Part shown: positions 1 to 12,259 of the stretch, in pieces
Layout: each line of letters begins with the position of its first letter
Position numbering within the stretch: the stretch's first letter is position 1
Source of the DNA: Marsupella aquatica
Taxonomy: Eukaryota > Plantae > Marchantiophyta
Direction of reading: 5' to 3'
Assembly (NCBI GenBank): GCA_973895155.1
Contig: OZ316893.1
Span: forward strand, 25,657,520-25,721,519
DNA: 64,000 bases
Made by a program: the position numbers and the translations under genes
The notes under the pieces: generated by a model
Told to the model about the DNA's origin: nothing
The model's database searches: none
What the model saw: the letters and a program-made list of their open reading frames with translations, nothing else

Positions 1-240
1 AGACTAAAGTTGTAGGTAGTCGCTCAGGAGTATTCAGCTCAGCTAAACGAAGAACACTTCAGTTTAAAGAACAGGTTACATATGAAAGATCAGCACCCTG
101 TGAACACCACACTTAATCGTTCACCCAACAAAATTGTAGTAGTATTGTTCCCAATTCGCTTTGTGCCCAACATGGTCATTGACCTCGGATGATGATCGAC
201 TGTGGACCCCACCAGTACTGTGGGTTGCTGCAAAAGTGCA

Positions 241-293
241 GGAGAATCCCAGTGAAGAGGGGAATCCCAGTGAAGAGGGGAATCCCAGCTGAA
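241..293. repeat. 18-bp microrepeat (gggaatcccagtgaagag x~3) just downstream of the citrate synthase stop
   Basis: Direct repeats visible in the sequence. Confidence 0.85.
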
Positions 294-329
294 AAGCATC
301 AGAGGAGAGATTCAACTAAGATCAACAAC

Positions 330-1742
330 TCACTTGGCAGCTCCAGCAGCCTTTTTGGAGGCATAATTTTCAATCCACTCGATAGTCAAACTCTTGGGTC
401 TCTCGATGGGAAGACCATAAGCTCGGTCCCAGATGAGCTGTGAAAGCACACCCATGGTTCGCGAGACTCCAAAGAGCACCGTGTAAAAATTCTCCTCCTT
501 CAAGCCATAGTACTGCAGCAGAACCCCACTGTGAGCATCCACATTGGGCCACGGATTCTTCACCTTACCCAACTCCAACAGGATGGGTGGCACCACCTCA
601 TACAGCTTGGATACCATCTGAAACATGGGATCGTGTGGGAGATGCTTCAGAGCGAACTCCCTTTGGCAGGTATACCTCGGGTCCGTCTTCCTGAGCACGG
701 CATGGCCATAACCAGGGACAACCTTGCCACTCTTCAAAGTCTTCCATATGTAATCCTTGAGCTGCTGTACCGACACTTCAGTGCCTGGCCCAATGTCAGC
801 CGAGATGTCTTGAATCCATCTCAACACCTCCTGGTTAGCCAACCCATGAAGGGGTCCAGCCAAACCATTCATCCCCGCAGCAACAGAAAGATAGGGATCA
901 GAGAGAGCACTTCCCACCAGATGCACCGCATGGGCACTTACATTGCCACCCTCGTGGTCGGTATGAATAGTGAGGTACAATCGCATGAGCTCCTGGAATT
1001 CTGGATCGTCAAATCCCAACATGTGAGCGAAATTGGCCCCATAATCCAGACCCTTATCCGCCTTAATGAGCTTCCCACCCTTGTAGGTCTTCCTATAGAT
1101 GAAAGCAGCAAGCTCTGGCAGGCGCGCAATCAAATTCATGGAATCCTCATACACTGGCTCCCAGTACTTCTTCTTATCAATGCCCTTCTCGTATGCTTTA
1201 GCGAACTCACTCTCAGTCTGTAGAGCCATGATTCCCGTAGTCAACTGTGTCATAGGGTGTGCCGTCCTCGGCAATGCCTCCAACACATCAAAGACGTGTG
1301 CGGGAATTGCTGATCTCGCCTTGAACTCCTCCGTCAAAGCCTTGGCTTGCTCCTTGGTTGGCACTTCACCTGTCACCAGGAGCCAGAAAAGACCTTCTGG
1401 GATGGGCTCTCCCTTGGGGATTGCAGACGGAAGTGCCTTCTGGCACTCTGGGATGGACATGCCTCTGAAACGAATCCCCTCATCTGCGTCCAAGAGGGAA
1501 GTCTGCCAGAGCATACCCTTGATTCCTCTCATCCCTCCAATTGCCATGTCCACGGTGGTGTCCCCCAGCGATACACTACCATACTTGGTCTTCACCTCCT
1601 TCAGCCTAACCTGCTCCTCGGGAATCAACTGCTTCAGCCTTTCCTTCAGATCTGTGGTGGGGCTCGTGAAGTGCCTTACCCATTTTAGCGTCCTTGCCGG
1701 TCGCCTAGCTTCTTCCACCAGGGCTCTTAACATCCTTACCAT
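330..1742 (-). CDS. CS: Mitochondrial citrate synthase, intronless CDS (~470 aa; likely ATG at 1742, not the TTG at 1793)
   Basis: Motifs [48 protein letters not shown] and [11 protein letters not shown]; Arg-rich presequence-like N-terminus; uninterrupted ORF. Confidence 0.96.
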   Translation of the reverse strand: MVRMLRALVEEARRPARTLKWVRHFTSPTTDLKERLKQLIPEEQVRLKEVKTKYGSVSLGDTTVDMAIGGMRGIKGMLWQTSLLDADEGIRFRGMSIPECQKALPSAIPKGEPIPEGLFWLLVTGEVPTKEQAKALTEEFKARSAIPAHVFDVLEALPRTAHPMTQLTTGIMALQTESEFAKAYEKGIDKKKYWEPVYEDSMNLIARLPELAAFIYRKTYKGGKLIKADKGLDYGANFAHMLGFDDPEFQELMRLYLTIHTDHEGGNVSAHAVHLVGSALSDPYLSVAAGMNGLAGPLHGLANQEVLRWIQDISADIGPGTEVSVQQLKDYIWKTLKSGKVVPGYGHAVLRKTDPRYTCQREFALKHLPHDPMFQMVSKLYEVVPPILLELGKVKNPWPNVDAHSGVLLQYYGLKEENFYTVLFGVSRTMGVLSQLIWDRAYGLPIERPKSLTIEWIENYASKKAAGAAK

Positions 1743-2725
1743 CTTTGCTCCGTTTCGTTTTCGGCGTCCCCTTCTCTCCTTCTCAGTCCTCAACCCCTCG
1801 GAATTAGGTTAATACTCAAGTCAATCCACACTCTCCTGTCCTCCTAGCACACAAAATATCATCAGGATCTATCAAACCTGGTCTTCGAATCCCTTCCCGA
1901 ATCAAATTGCACCCCAAATCTACTCTCCTCTAACTATGCATGTCACCACTCGAGCAATTTTCGTCTCGTCTCCTCTGCTATGCTCTGCCCACTGAGTCCT
2001 CTCCTCCGTCGGTCCTCGTGTCTCTCCTCCTCCACCTCGACCACCTCCTTCAGACTTCTTCGATCCGTCGACAAATTCGGGGAAAGAGTCCGAGACAACA
2101 CTTTGCAAGGCCTCTGCTTTGCCTACCCAGTGAATCTCTCCCTGCTAAACAATGCACCAACCAATTGACACCATGGGCCAAACTTATACGACCCAGAAAG
2201 CAAACGAGCCCCCAGAGAAGAGAGGAGTTACCAAACACTGAAAATCTAAGGGTGGGCGCAAAATGTCTGACGAGGTGAAGAAGAAAAGAGAAGTCACAGG
2301 ACGAAAGAGCTTCGATTCTTCAATTCTTCGACGCAGTCAGATGCAAGAGTAACGTCTTCGACCGGAATGCAGGGCCACGAGGATGGCGGAAAGAGGCGAA
2401 ATGCACTGTAGGAGAGAACATTCGTGAGGAGCAGCCAGAGCCCGTCAGCAATCATTCAACCTGCCCTCCCTCCCGCTCGCCACGCCACGCCACGCCACGC
2501 TCAGAAATCGGATTGTCGGAGTGCAGTCCAGTCCAGACGGCCTTTGTCTCCTTGTATCATCGAAAGGGGCCCTTCATCAGAATGATGGGGGTAGACGGAA
2601 CTGCCCCCATTAGAAGGTCTCAAGACTTCAAAAAATTTGGTGGACCTTGACTTAGTAGGTCAGAGGGACGCACAAAGATAATGCAAAGTTGTATGCTACC
2701 AAATTATTATGGAGCCAAATTATTA

Positions 2726-3257
2726 GGGCCTCTCAAACTACAATTTGATGGACCTTAATTCCCTAGTTACTGGTTATGGACACCAATTTGATGGACCTTA
2801 ATTCTCTAGTTACACCAATTTGATGGACCTTAATTCACTAGTTACAGGTTATGGACTCAGAAATTTATGGACACCAATTTGATGGACCTTAACTCCCTAA
2901 TTACGGGTTATGGACACAGAAATTTATGGACACCAATTTCATGGACCTTAACGTACTCCCGAGTTATGGGTTATGGGCATAGAAAGTTATGGACTATGAA
3001 ATGCATAGTACATAACTTTTTGCCATTAGGATTGGTCTTATGCCATTACCATCACGGGTTATGGACATAGAAAGTTATGGACTATGAAATTCATAGTTCA
3101 TAACTTTTTGCCATTAGGATTGGTCTTATGCCATTACCATCACAGGCTTGTGACAGATAAAAACTAAAAAAACTTTTACATAACCTTGTGAAAAAGTTAT
3201 GACTATTCCTTTATGGTCAAATGCCATCATCATAATTTTGAAGCTTTGAGACGCCCT
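2726..3257. mobile_element. PIF/Harbinger (Tourist-like) MITE with internal tandem repeats
   Basis: Termini gggcctctcaaa ... tttgagacgccc with tta/taa flanks; related copy at ~11962-12242 in the opposite orientation and a partial copy ending ~4212. Confidence 0.6.
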
Positions 3258-4661
3258 AAAATCAGGGTGTCAAAAAACAGCCATGTAAGTGAGGTATGGC
3301 CAAGGACAGAGTGTCTAAGTGTAGGTTCCCCAAAAGTGACAGGGTCTAAGTGTCAAAAACGGGGCATAAGTGACAAGTGTCTTAGTGCACGCTCCCCAGA
3401 AGACACCCCAAGCCTCCAGTTATCCAAGTTATGCATTTCAACTTCTCCATATGTGCCTGTTGCACTTTCCAATAAGTGCACATTAAATTGCTTATGCACT
3501 TTCACAAATGCACATTATGCATTTCATCATAAAGTGCATGTTGCACTTCTCCAATTGTGCCTGTTGCACTTTCCAATAAGTGCATATGAAATCGCTTATG
3601 CACTTCCACAAATGTCATATCAGGTCATAAACATCAGATTTCTCATACCCAGAATCCTCGTAGTGCACAATTCAACTGGATAAGTGCATGAATCTACAAT
3701 GTGTAGTTGTCTTTTGACTTATCCATAATGCTTCTAAAATATGTGTTGCAGTAATTGATTAATGCATCTGTACTCTTGTAGACGGAAATGCCTTAGGTAT
3801 TTGTCATTTAGTGACGGGCAACCTGCACTTACAGATGCTGCATTTTTTAGTGCATTTACAAAGGAATATGCTGTATTATTGAGTGACTACACGACCACCC
3901 AGCAGTTACCCACAGAATGCAGTTATAAATGCTGCACTTATCCATGGTAGACTGTTATGGTTTTTATGGCTAGGAAAAAAATCCTTATGGGCTACCTAAG
4001 TACATGCCCGGCAAAAGACCAGACATCAAAAACATTAGAACAAGGCAAAGCCCTGTGACCTTTCTTCTGGCAGTGCTTTTGACTTGCCCTAATGATCCAT
4101 AACTTGTTGCCATAAAGATTGGTCAGATATATACAATGACACATTAAGTCATTGTAGAGGCTTCAAAAAACAAAACTTTTACATAACTCTGTGAAAAAGC
4201 TAAGAGACTCCCTATTAGAGCAAGTTAAAGGTTACTCCCCACTACTAAGTACACAAAACACCCCTAAACCCTAAAACCCCCCTACACCCCTAAGGAGATA
4301 CACGCAAGTTGCCTAGGATTTAAACCTAGCCACACCCAGTTGTCAACAGAGGTAATTGGAGATTGTGCAAGAGAGGCGAGGGAGCGACCGGATTGGGTGG
4401 CCTGGGAGGAGTGGAGTACCCCTGTCCATCATGGACCTGCCTTGGCACGACAAGTTTGGCAAGTTCCATGGTTGCACCCATGCAAGTCAAGTAGAGAAAC
4501 AGAACCTGGTCAAAAGCCTGACTTGGGTACTTGATGTTTCGTCAAGTTCCATGGTTGCACCCTTTCAAGGGTACAACGGAGTCAGGTTTAAGAAGGGTAG
4601 TTCAAAGGTTAGTAAATGGTTTTATATATAATACCACATGTTTCCACTCAAATGCAAGAAA

Positions 4662-4733
4662 GTGGCTGTAGTTTAGTGGTAAGAATTCCACGTTGTGGCC
4701 GTGGAGACCTGGGCTCGAATCCCAGCAGCCACA
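4662..4733 (+). tRNA. trnH-GUG: tRNA-His (GUG), cytosolic type
   Basis: Cloverleaf with acceptor stem gtggctg/cagccac, anticodon GTG at 4695-4697, A and B boxes; upstream TATA-like run (4620-4630) and CAA as in plant tRNA genes. Confidence 0.96.
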
Positions 4734-5815
4734 CTCTTTCTACCGATGAAAGATTTTAGTTCCTTTGGAAGGGAACTAAATAAATCGGAATGTGTTCCGA
4801 GGAACTGAGGAAGCCATTCCGTGCTTGGCGGATCATGTAATCTCAAAACAAGCTGACAGTCGTCACATATCAAGGGTTCATGTGTCTGCCAGATGGCGAA
4901 GGAGTATTAGTTTTTCTTTTATCAAGGATCATAATGTTATTCAATCCCAAGTTATTTTAATTTAATATTTCAGTCCCCAAATAGCCAACATTCCGAGTTT
5001 AGCTTTCACTCAATTTTCCCCGAGTACTGGTTTCTTACCAGATCTAAAGTCTTAAACTTTTTTTTCAAGATCTAAAGTCTTAACAAAGTCTATCAGACGA
5101 TAATTATGTCCTACCCCAGTGCCGATGAGGGTTGCTAAACAATTTGTTTATTTATTGTTTGGAGATTGTCTCAGGGACAAAACTTCTAGGGACAAAAATC
5201 TCTACAATTTGTTTTTGTAGAGATCACCTACTAAAACGAGGTTAAAGGATGTGCATTTATAATTTTAGTAGATATCAGGAATAAACTTCATAGGTGGGTC
5301 ACTAAAGGATCAGTAAACTGAAAAGGCTTGGTAGAGATCAGGACCACACCTCAGAGGAGGGTCACCAAATGGATCAATAAACTGAAAAAGTTTGGTAGAG
5401 ATCAGGAGTAAACCCTTTCATAGGAGGGTCACCAAAAGCGTGAATAAACTGGAAGCCGTGGCAGAGATTAGTTGTATATTTCACAGGAGGTCATTAAAGG
5501 ATCCATAAGCTTAATCTTGGTAGAGATTACTTAGGAGTAAACCTCATAGGAGGGTCACCAAAAGGATGATTAAGAATAAACTGCAAAGCTTCCTTAAGCT
5601 TTGGTAGAGGTCAGGGTAAACCTCACAGGAGGGTCACCAAACGGATCAATAAACTGATAAGCTTAAACTTGGTAGAGAATAGGAGCAAACCTCATAGAGG
5701 GTCACCAAAAGGACCAATAAACTGAAAAGCTTGGTGGAGATCAGGAGTAAACCTCTTCATAGGAGGGTCACGAAAAGGATCATTAAACTGAAAAGCTTTT
5801 AGAAATCAGGACTAA

Positions 5816-6200
5816 GGGCCGTTTTGCATGTACATCAGCCCTCAAGAATGCGGCGTTTCACAAAGCGAAACTTACACAGAATCAGGGATTTGGGTTAACA
5901 ACTCGATCCTCCCCTGTGTTACGTGTGGGATGTGCTGAGGGGCTCGTGTCCACCTCTGTTGTTATGTGCCGCTTAGTTTACTGGGAGCAATAGAGGGGAT
6001 TGAGGCTGCCATTGTCGTATGTGCAGATCAAAGGTCGGGACTGTGAAGGGCCTTAAGGTTTGCGTGCCTTGCCCTTCCAAGTCCTAGTTTAGTGCCGTCA
6101 AGACGGCCTCGTTCAGGGGGCAGTTTTGTTCACTCAGGGGCTGCCACCGTTTGTCTGAAAGGCCATTTTTTGAAGGACCGTCTACATTGCAAGACTGCCC
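5816..6200. mobile_element. Tourist-like MITE inserted in the minisatellite
   Basis: TIRs gggccgttttgcatgt / acattgcaagactgccc; TAA duplication at 5813-5815 and 6201-6203; same TIR family as 18977-19289. Confidence 0.85.
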
Positions 6201-6383
6201 TAAGCCTCATCATAGGAGGGTCACCAAAAGGATCATTAAACTGAAAAGCTCCGTAGAGATCAGGAGTAAACCTCATCAGAGGAGGGTCAGCAAAAGGATC
6301 GATAAACTGGAAGCTTGGTTAGAGATCAGGAGTTAACCTCAGCGGACGGTCACCAAAAGGATGAATAAAAGTGGAAAGCTTAA

Positions 6384-7142
6384 ACCACGCATCCGAGTAC
6401 AAGGGGCTCCGCGTAACCCGGAGTCCCCATACGAAGTGTATCCCATACAGCAAAAAGACGGGCTACGCAGCAACGCCTGCCCTCCACCGTCCGATCAACG
6501 CTCATAGCTGCGCTTACCCTCAGCCATAGGATGTGATCTATGGCTCAAATTGTAGGTCTTGTTGAGATCTACGTCTCCAAAAAATCTCACACAAATTGGT
6601 TTATTATTTCAGGAGAAATGATAGAAAAACGAATGGTGCGCTCTGATTGGCTGGATTCAAAATTTGAATTTCGGGGGGAATATTGATCTAAGCCGTCTGA
6701 TTGTTTTGCCTCCACAAATCTCATCCGTCTATCATATTGGTCAATCTATGGCTCAAAAGAAAGACCTCGAGGAGATCTATGGATGGGTTTTTTCCGTTTT
6801 GTAAATTGATTTATATTTCTCAAATTAAAAATAAAACAAATCTAAGCGCTCCTGGCCGTCAATTCATTGATTTTGCAATCTCTGCCGTTCATTGTTTATT
6901 GCATCTTAAAATCTTGTCCGTCCACGTTAGAAGGCGATCTAGGGTGCAAAAGAGAGATCTCGACAAGATCTACAGTTGGGTGTTTTTAGTTTCGAAAATG
7001 AGTAAATAGTTTTTGCAATAAAATTTAATGAAGTTTGGAGTTGTGAGCCATCTCTCCTGCCCCGATCTTGGATTTCCCTGCGCCCTGCCCAGCATTTATG
7101 GCCGTACAGTCCCTTGCTGCTTTAAATACCCCGATGCGTGGT
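6384..7142. mobile_element. Non-autonomous TIR element with TTAA (or TA) target duplication
   Basis: ttaa-ACCACGCATC ... GATGCGTGGT-ttaa; removing it restores the satellite monomer aagcttaagcttggtagag. Confidence 0.8.
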
Positions 7143-7463
7143 TTAAGCTTGGTAGAGATCCGAGTAAACCTCAGCGGAGGGTCACCAAAAGGATGACGAG
7201 CAACCCATGTCACAAAAAGGCCATGAGTCGCGGAGTACTGTACTGTGCTTGCGAATCTCATCCTTGCTCTCTCTCTCTTTGAAGGAGCCTAGCGAATCAT
7301 GTGTGGCAATTGGAGGCCAAGCCCGTCGTGCGATTCGGTGACGGTAGTTTTGGGATTCTGCATTGGGCAGCGAGGGAGAATCCGGTGCGAGAGACAGCGA
7401 TCAATAGGTTTCAGTACGAGGTAGCTTTGTGTAATTGTGGTGGGTTGTGGGCAGGCTTCAGAT

Positions 7464-8582
7464 ATGGCAGCTTCAACATCGTTGCCATTTTCCTCTCTAC
7501 CTGAGGCCTTTCACTGCCACCAGAAGTCTCCCAAGGTCGCTGCATCGGTGCCCACAGCTTCTGGTCCGCCCTCCACCTCGACTTCTTCTTCTTATTATTT
7601 TTCTTCTTGCCATGGATTTCAACGCGGAAGGCCGATTGGGTCGTTTGTGGGTCGGAACTTAAGGCTTGCTTCGCAATCTAGGGTTCTTCGACAACGAGCA
7701 AGGCGCTGTGCTCTAGCAGACGGGAACGGGTCTGGGACTGGCAATGGATCGGCTGGAGGGGATGGTTCGCCAGCTGCAGAGAGAGCCATTTTGAACAGGC
7801 GAAGGGAGATGCTGCAAGAGTACGTGAAGAACGTACAGCCTGACTTCATGGAGAAGTTTGTGAAGAGAGCTCCAGAGCAGATTGTTGAGGCCATGCGCCA
7901 GACCGTCACGAACATGCTGGGGACCCTTCCGCCTCATTTCTTTGAAATAAGAGTGTCAACAGTTGCAGAAAATTTAGCTCAATTAATGTACAGTGTCATG
8001 ATGACGGGATATATGTTCAGGAATGCACAGTTTCGACTGGAGCTGCAGCAGAGCCTCTCACAGGTTGCACTTAGAGAGCCAGCAGCCAAGCAAGATGCAG
8101 ATTATGAACCTAGTGTCAATAAGGCGAAAGTTTCTGGGGAGGTTTTGAGATGGCATAAAGAAGATGGTATTGAACAAGTCCCAGCAGTGGAGTACATTGA
8201 GATGTTGGAGTCGGAAATCCATGAGTTGCAGCAACAATTAGAATCTCAACAACGAGCCTCGCGGGGGCGTAATGAATTACTGGAGTACCTCAAGTCGTTA
8301 GAGCCACAGAATTTGCAGGAGCTGACAACAACAGCAGGGGGGGATACTGTAGAAGCTATGAATACTTTCATCACTCGGTTACTTGGTGTGCAGGATCCTG
8401 GGCAGCTCAAGAAGGCAGCTACTGAAACGTCTGCAGCTGAACTGGCACAGCTACTCTATTGGTTAATGGTAGTTGGATACAGCATTCGCAACATTGAGGT
8501 GCGATTTGACATGGAGCGCATTTTAGGGGAGCCGATCTCGTCAAGGAAGCTTGCTGGATTGCCTCCAGGTGAAAATATTTGA
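7464..8582 (+). CDS. DUF760-family plastid-targeted protein (~372 aa, intronless CDS)
   Basis: Ser-rich transit-peptide-like N-terminus; two DUF760-like repeats (AMRQTVTNMLGTLP...ENLAQLMYSVMMTGYMFRNAQFRLEL and LAQLLYWLMVVGYSIRNIEVRFDMER). Confidence 0.9.
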   Translation: MAASTSLPFSSLPEAFHCHQKSPKVAASVPTASGPPSTSTSSSYYFSSCHGFQRGRPIGSFVGRNLRLASQSRVLRQRARRCALADGNGSGTGNGSAGGDGSPAAERAILNRRREMLQEYVKNVQPDFMEKFVKRAPEQIVEAMRQTVTNMLGTLPPHFFEIRVSTVAENLAQLMYSVMMTGYMFRNAQFRLELQQSLSQVALREPAAKQDADYEPSVNKAKVSGEVLRWHKEDGIEQVPAVEYIEMLESEIHELQQQLESQQRASRGRNELLEYLKSLEPQNLQELTTTAGGDTVEAMNTFITRLLGVQDPGQLKKAATETSAAELAQLLYWLMVVGYSIRNIEVRFDMERILGEPISSRKLAGLPPGENI

Positions 8583-8833
8583 CGAGTCCCATATGTAATT
8601 TTAAGGAAAATTTTGACATACCAGATTTCGAAACCCTTAATCGAAATTAAGGGCTTTTGTGAGATTGTGCTTAGCAGTTGAACGTGTGCAATAGTAAGTG
8701 AACATTTTTTCAGACGGGTATGTAATTGCAAATTGCCCAGATGAAATTTGTAAAATTTCTGCCAGCATTGCAACTGGTGTCTTCTTTTAGGGCAAAAAAA
8801 TTCATTTCCTTGAACGCTCATCAAGTAAGGTAC

Positions 8834-9052
8834 TGGATTCTAGTCACTAATGTTATTCAATCCCTATGAGTACGAATTGTCACTGAAGCGTTTCCATATT
8901 ATCCATTGGAAGCTGTGTCCTCTGTTAGAAACTTTTGTTAAGATTCTGGATTCTAGTCACTTTTGTAATTCACTCCCTATGAGTACGAATTGACACTAAA
9001 GCGTTTCCACATTGGCCACTGGACGCGGTGTCCTCTATTAGAATTCTTTATT
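8834..9052. repeat. ~112-bp tandem duplication
   Basis: ctggattctagtcac...ttagaa present at 8834 and 8946. Confidence 0.85.
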
Positions 9053-10351
9053 GAAACATCTCAACAATGACGGATGATGCGTGTCGCTATGCCGGTGATC
9101 GAAATACGAAGGCCTTTCGTCCAGAAAAGTTTCACACTAGCAGCAAAGAAATCGAGAACTTCTCGTGGTCTCAGTCTTCAAAGGTTTGGATACACTTTTG
9201 TTTTCAGAACAGTCCAAATCTGAAGGGAAAGAAGGATTTTTGAATGATTTGATATGGCAAGTGCATTGGGGAGAATTTGCGCAACGGCATGCAACGACTC
9301 TTAGACTGGTGTTCTTCATTCCAAGTGTGTGAATCCCCCGGGCGTGCAATGACTTTTCAACATCAGCAATCATGGTGCCTCATAAACTACAAGAGCAGAC
9401 CATCGACACCAACGCAAAGTATAAACCACACTCAACTTGGTCATTTGGGCAGAATAATCTTCTCCAAAATGCCAACAAAGGAAAAGAAACTCTTAATCAT
9501 ATTAGCATTTGCTGGATTTTACCAGCAGTACCGACTTCCAATAAACAGAAAGAGTTCTCCAAATCTCCTCACTCGGCCACAGTACCGGCCCCCGCACTAC
9601 GGCAGAGTTGATTTCCATATCTTGTTTCACAAATCGTAAGCAGCCAATGCTGCACTATTCATGCCAGTCGTGAAAGCCAGGCATTTCCTTCGTTGTTGCA
9701 AAGCAACACATTTTCGACATAGGTCAAGGTTGCATCTGCTTGTGACTAACAAAATTAGGTGGCTACAACTGCTCCGTTTGTGAGTCTAGTCTATAGTTCC
9801 ATTGCGCTGTTCGCAAGTTCAGCGTTTGCTGAAAAGTGGCTCCCTCAACTAACTCATCAAGAATTGGAAGAATCATTGCCTTTTGCTTTGGGTTGAAAGA
9901 ACGTTCAACAACTGTACAGATGTGTGACAGTGATCATGTGCCCCAGCGTGAAGGAGCAAGTGTTGAATCATCTCCTGCATGATTGATTTGGTTACGAGCC
10001 AAAGAGAATAACTTGAAGACCTGTTGTAACACACGGATTCCACGAAGGGAACCTTAGCTGGGTGATGTCGGCTATTGTGGGTGACAAACACTTACCAATG
10101 GATCAGCAGAAGTGTTGATCGTGGCACAACCAAATCTTAGTGAAGCCACGCTCACAACCCCCGTCGTGTCAATCTTTGACTGCCCGTATTCGACGTCACT
10201 TGACTACTTGAGGATGTCCTTTAATCGCAAAGAAGCCCATCAATATAGTGATGTCTCATCACATACCCCATCCAGTCCAGTTATCCTCTCTTACATTTTG
10301 CGTAGCAGAAGATATTGAAGAAGCTCCACAGCTCTAAGTTAGAAAGCACGT

Positions 10352-11503
10352 CTAAGAAGGACCAAGAGAAGAGTTCTCCTTTTCCAAATGTGCCGCATTT
10401 TTATTTTCATCTTCACCATCGCTTTCCTTGGGCTTCTGATCTTCGCCTGCGCTTTCCTTGAGCCTCTGATCTTCACCGTCTTCTTGCTTGAGCTTCGCAA
10501 AGGCCTCGTCCAGGGCCAGCAACTCCTGGCTGGGTTTGTCCTCCTGAAACTTGATTATTGGAGAGAAGGGCAGATTTAAACGCTTAAACACAAGAGAACG
10601 TAGAGGCTGAACCTTCGAAATAGCTGCCTTCTCAGCAGTCCTCTGCATCCCCGGTAGGGCAGTCCACAGGACATGAGCGGTTCGCAAATCTGAGCTCATT
10701 TTTACCTGCAAAATTATCAAGTCGTCCAACTCTTAACACTTGAACTTACCAACAAACTGAATGAATTAATGATTGAAACTGTGATTTGAACTATACTAGT
10801 CCCAGAAAGAGATGAGAGAACGAGAAATTTAATTGAAGCAATGGGATTAGGTCAAACTCAGCAGCACATGGAGGCAATTTGCCTGTCTCATAATCATTAA
10901 ACCAATCCCCAGTCCTGGAAAAACCCGATCCCGGGTAGCATAGCAAGCTTCTAAGCCGATTCTGATCGCACCGTTTTTAGGTACTAGACTTTCACATGAA
11001 ATTTCAGCACCGGCTAGTATCATGGAGATGTTCGGGGTTTAGGGTTCAGGGTTTAGAATTGGGTGGATTGATTTCGCTGGCCTATTACATGACGACAATT
11101 TTTCCCTATTTGAGGCCCTGAGTGTGATGAACTGTCAACAGCGAGCGCAACTATGACAACTGACCTTTACGATCTGGAATCCGCAACGCTTTAGAACTGG
11201 GGTGAAGCAAGAGCCTTGCTGCAGGGCATGGCTGATAGTCTCCATCACCTCCACTGCGATTCGTTTTTCCCTCACGGTTGTAGGGAAATGCCAGCCTACT
11301 CCTTTCTTTTTGTCATCTTTCTTTTTGGTGGAGTACTGAGACCGAGAATTCCACTGGAGTTCAAAGGGCATTGACATTGGTTCCCCTTCTCTCGTCTTGT
11401 CGTGAGATCCTGATGGCAAGTAGAGTTGGAGAGGTGCTGTTGCTGACTGCGTTCTTCTCCATGGCGCCCGCTTCAAACCTGAGCCCACCAAGAGCTTCAA
11501 CAT
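10352..11503 (-). CDS. RBFA: Ribosome-binding factor A (RbfA) domain protein, probably mitochondrial; exons 11503-11165 and 10705-10352 (~230 aa)
   Basis: Spliced sequence REKRIAVEVMETISHAL...FQIVK|VKMSSDLRTAHVLW...LRSLVFKRLNLPFSPIIKFQED fits the RbfA pattern; phase-0 GT-AG intron; basic presequence-like N-terminus. Confidence 0.82.
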
Positions 11504-11961
11504 TCTCACAATAGCTGGGACTTGAGGCCCCAGAAGTCAATTCAATTCAATGCAAATTCAATCTTTCTCTAAATAGTTAAGAGGAGCTCCCTAAGTTGAG
11601 AGCTGTGGTGAGATCCAAAGTTCGAAGATGCCTATGGATTCGTATCCGAATGTACACTTGCCTTAGTGACATTCCTGAGGCCCGTGTACAGTTCAGTGAG
11701 TTTACAATGTTCGCTCCATGACTGCTACTTCAGTTTACAATAGTCACATGTGGGTTCTTCATTTGCCCATCGTCTTAGCTTTCCAGGTTTTCGTGAATTT
11801 TTTCTTCGTTGGATCCAATTTACACAATTCCATATACTGAAGGGGAAGCTAGGATCCACACAGGGTTTCACACAGCTACTCAAATGTACTCAAATGAAGA
11901 GAGAAACTTCATAGTGTCACCACATGAAAGTGTAAAGAGGTTATCCACATTCTAACCAATA

Positions 11962-12242
11962 GGGTGTCTCAAAACTTGGAAATTATGGATGATGGCATTA
12001 GGTAATAGTTCATAACTTTCCCACAAGACTGTGTAGAAGTTTCTTTTCAGTTTTTCTTTCACCAGCCTCTATAATGACTAATGGTTATGCCAGCCTCTAT
12101 AATGACTAATGGTTATGCCAGCCTCTACAGTGACTAATGGTTATGCCATAAATCCAATCCTTATGGCAAAAAGCTATGGACTACAGAATTAACCCATAAC
12201 TAGGGAGTTAAGGTACATCAAATTATCAGCTTTGAGACTCCC
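11962..12242. mobile_element. Tourist-like MITE (family of 2726-3257) with internal 29-bp x3 repeat
   Basis: gggtgtctcaaa ... tttgagactccc-taa; homologous to 2726-3257. Confidence 0.6.
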
Positions 12243-12259
12243 TAATAACACAGAAAGGT

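Larger units (their letters stand above)
5216..7197. repeat. ~62-bp minisatellite (about 12 diverged copies) interrupted by two transposon insertions
   Basis: Monomer approx. taaactgaaaagcttggtagagatcaggagtaaacctcataggagggtcaccaaaaggatcaa at 5260-5815, 6201-6383 and 7143-7197. Confidence 0.9.

Noticed and set aside
531-1812. Long plus-strand ORFs (230 and 237 aa)
   Set aside because: Antisense shadows of the citrate synthase CDS.
4261-4340. Telomerase RNA template or SINE head (ctaaaccctaa; B-box-like on minus strand)
   Set aside because: Only a short telo-box-like motif; no promoter elements or structure to support either.
4745-4815. Hammerhead ribozyme (GAAA ... CTGAGGA) downstream of tRNA-His
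   Set aside because: No UH cleavage site after the putative stem III, and stem II cannot form.
5216-6383. CRISPR-like array, or coding repeat (ORF 6151-6336)
   Set aside because: No unique spacers, eukaryotic context, and indels that break the frame; it is a minisatellite.
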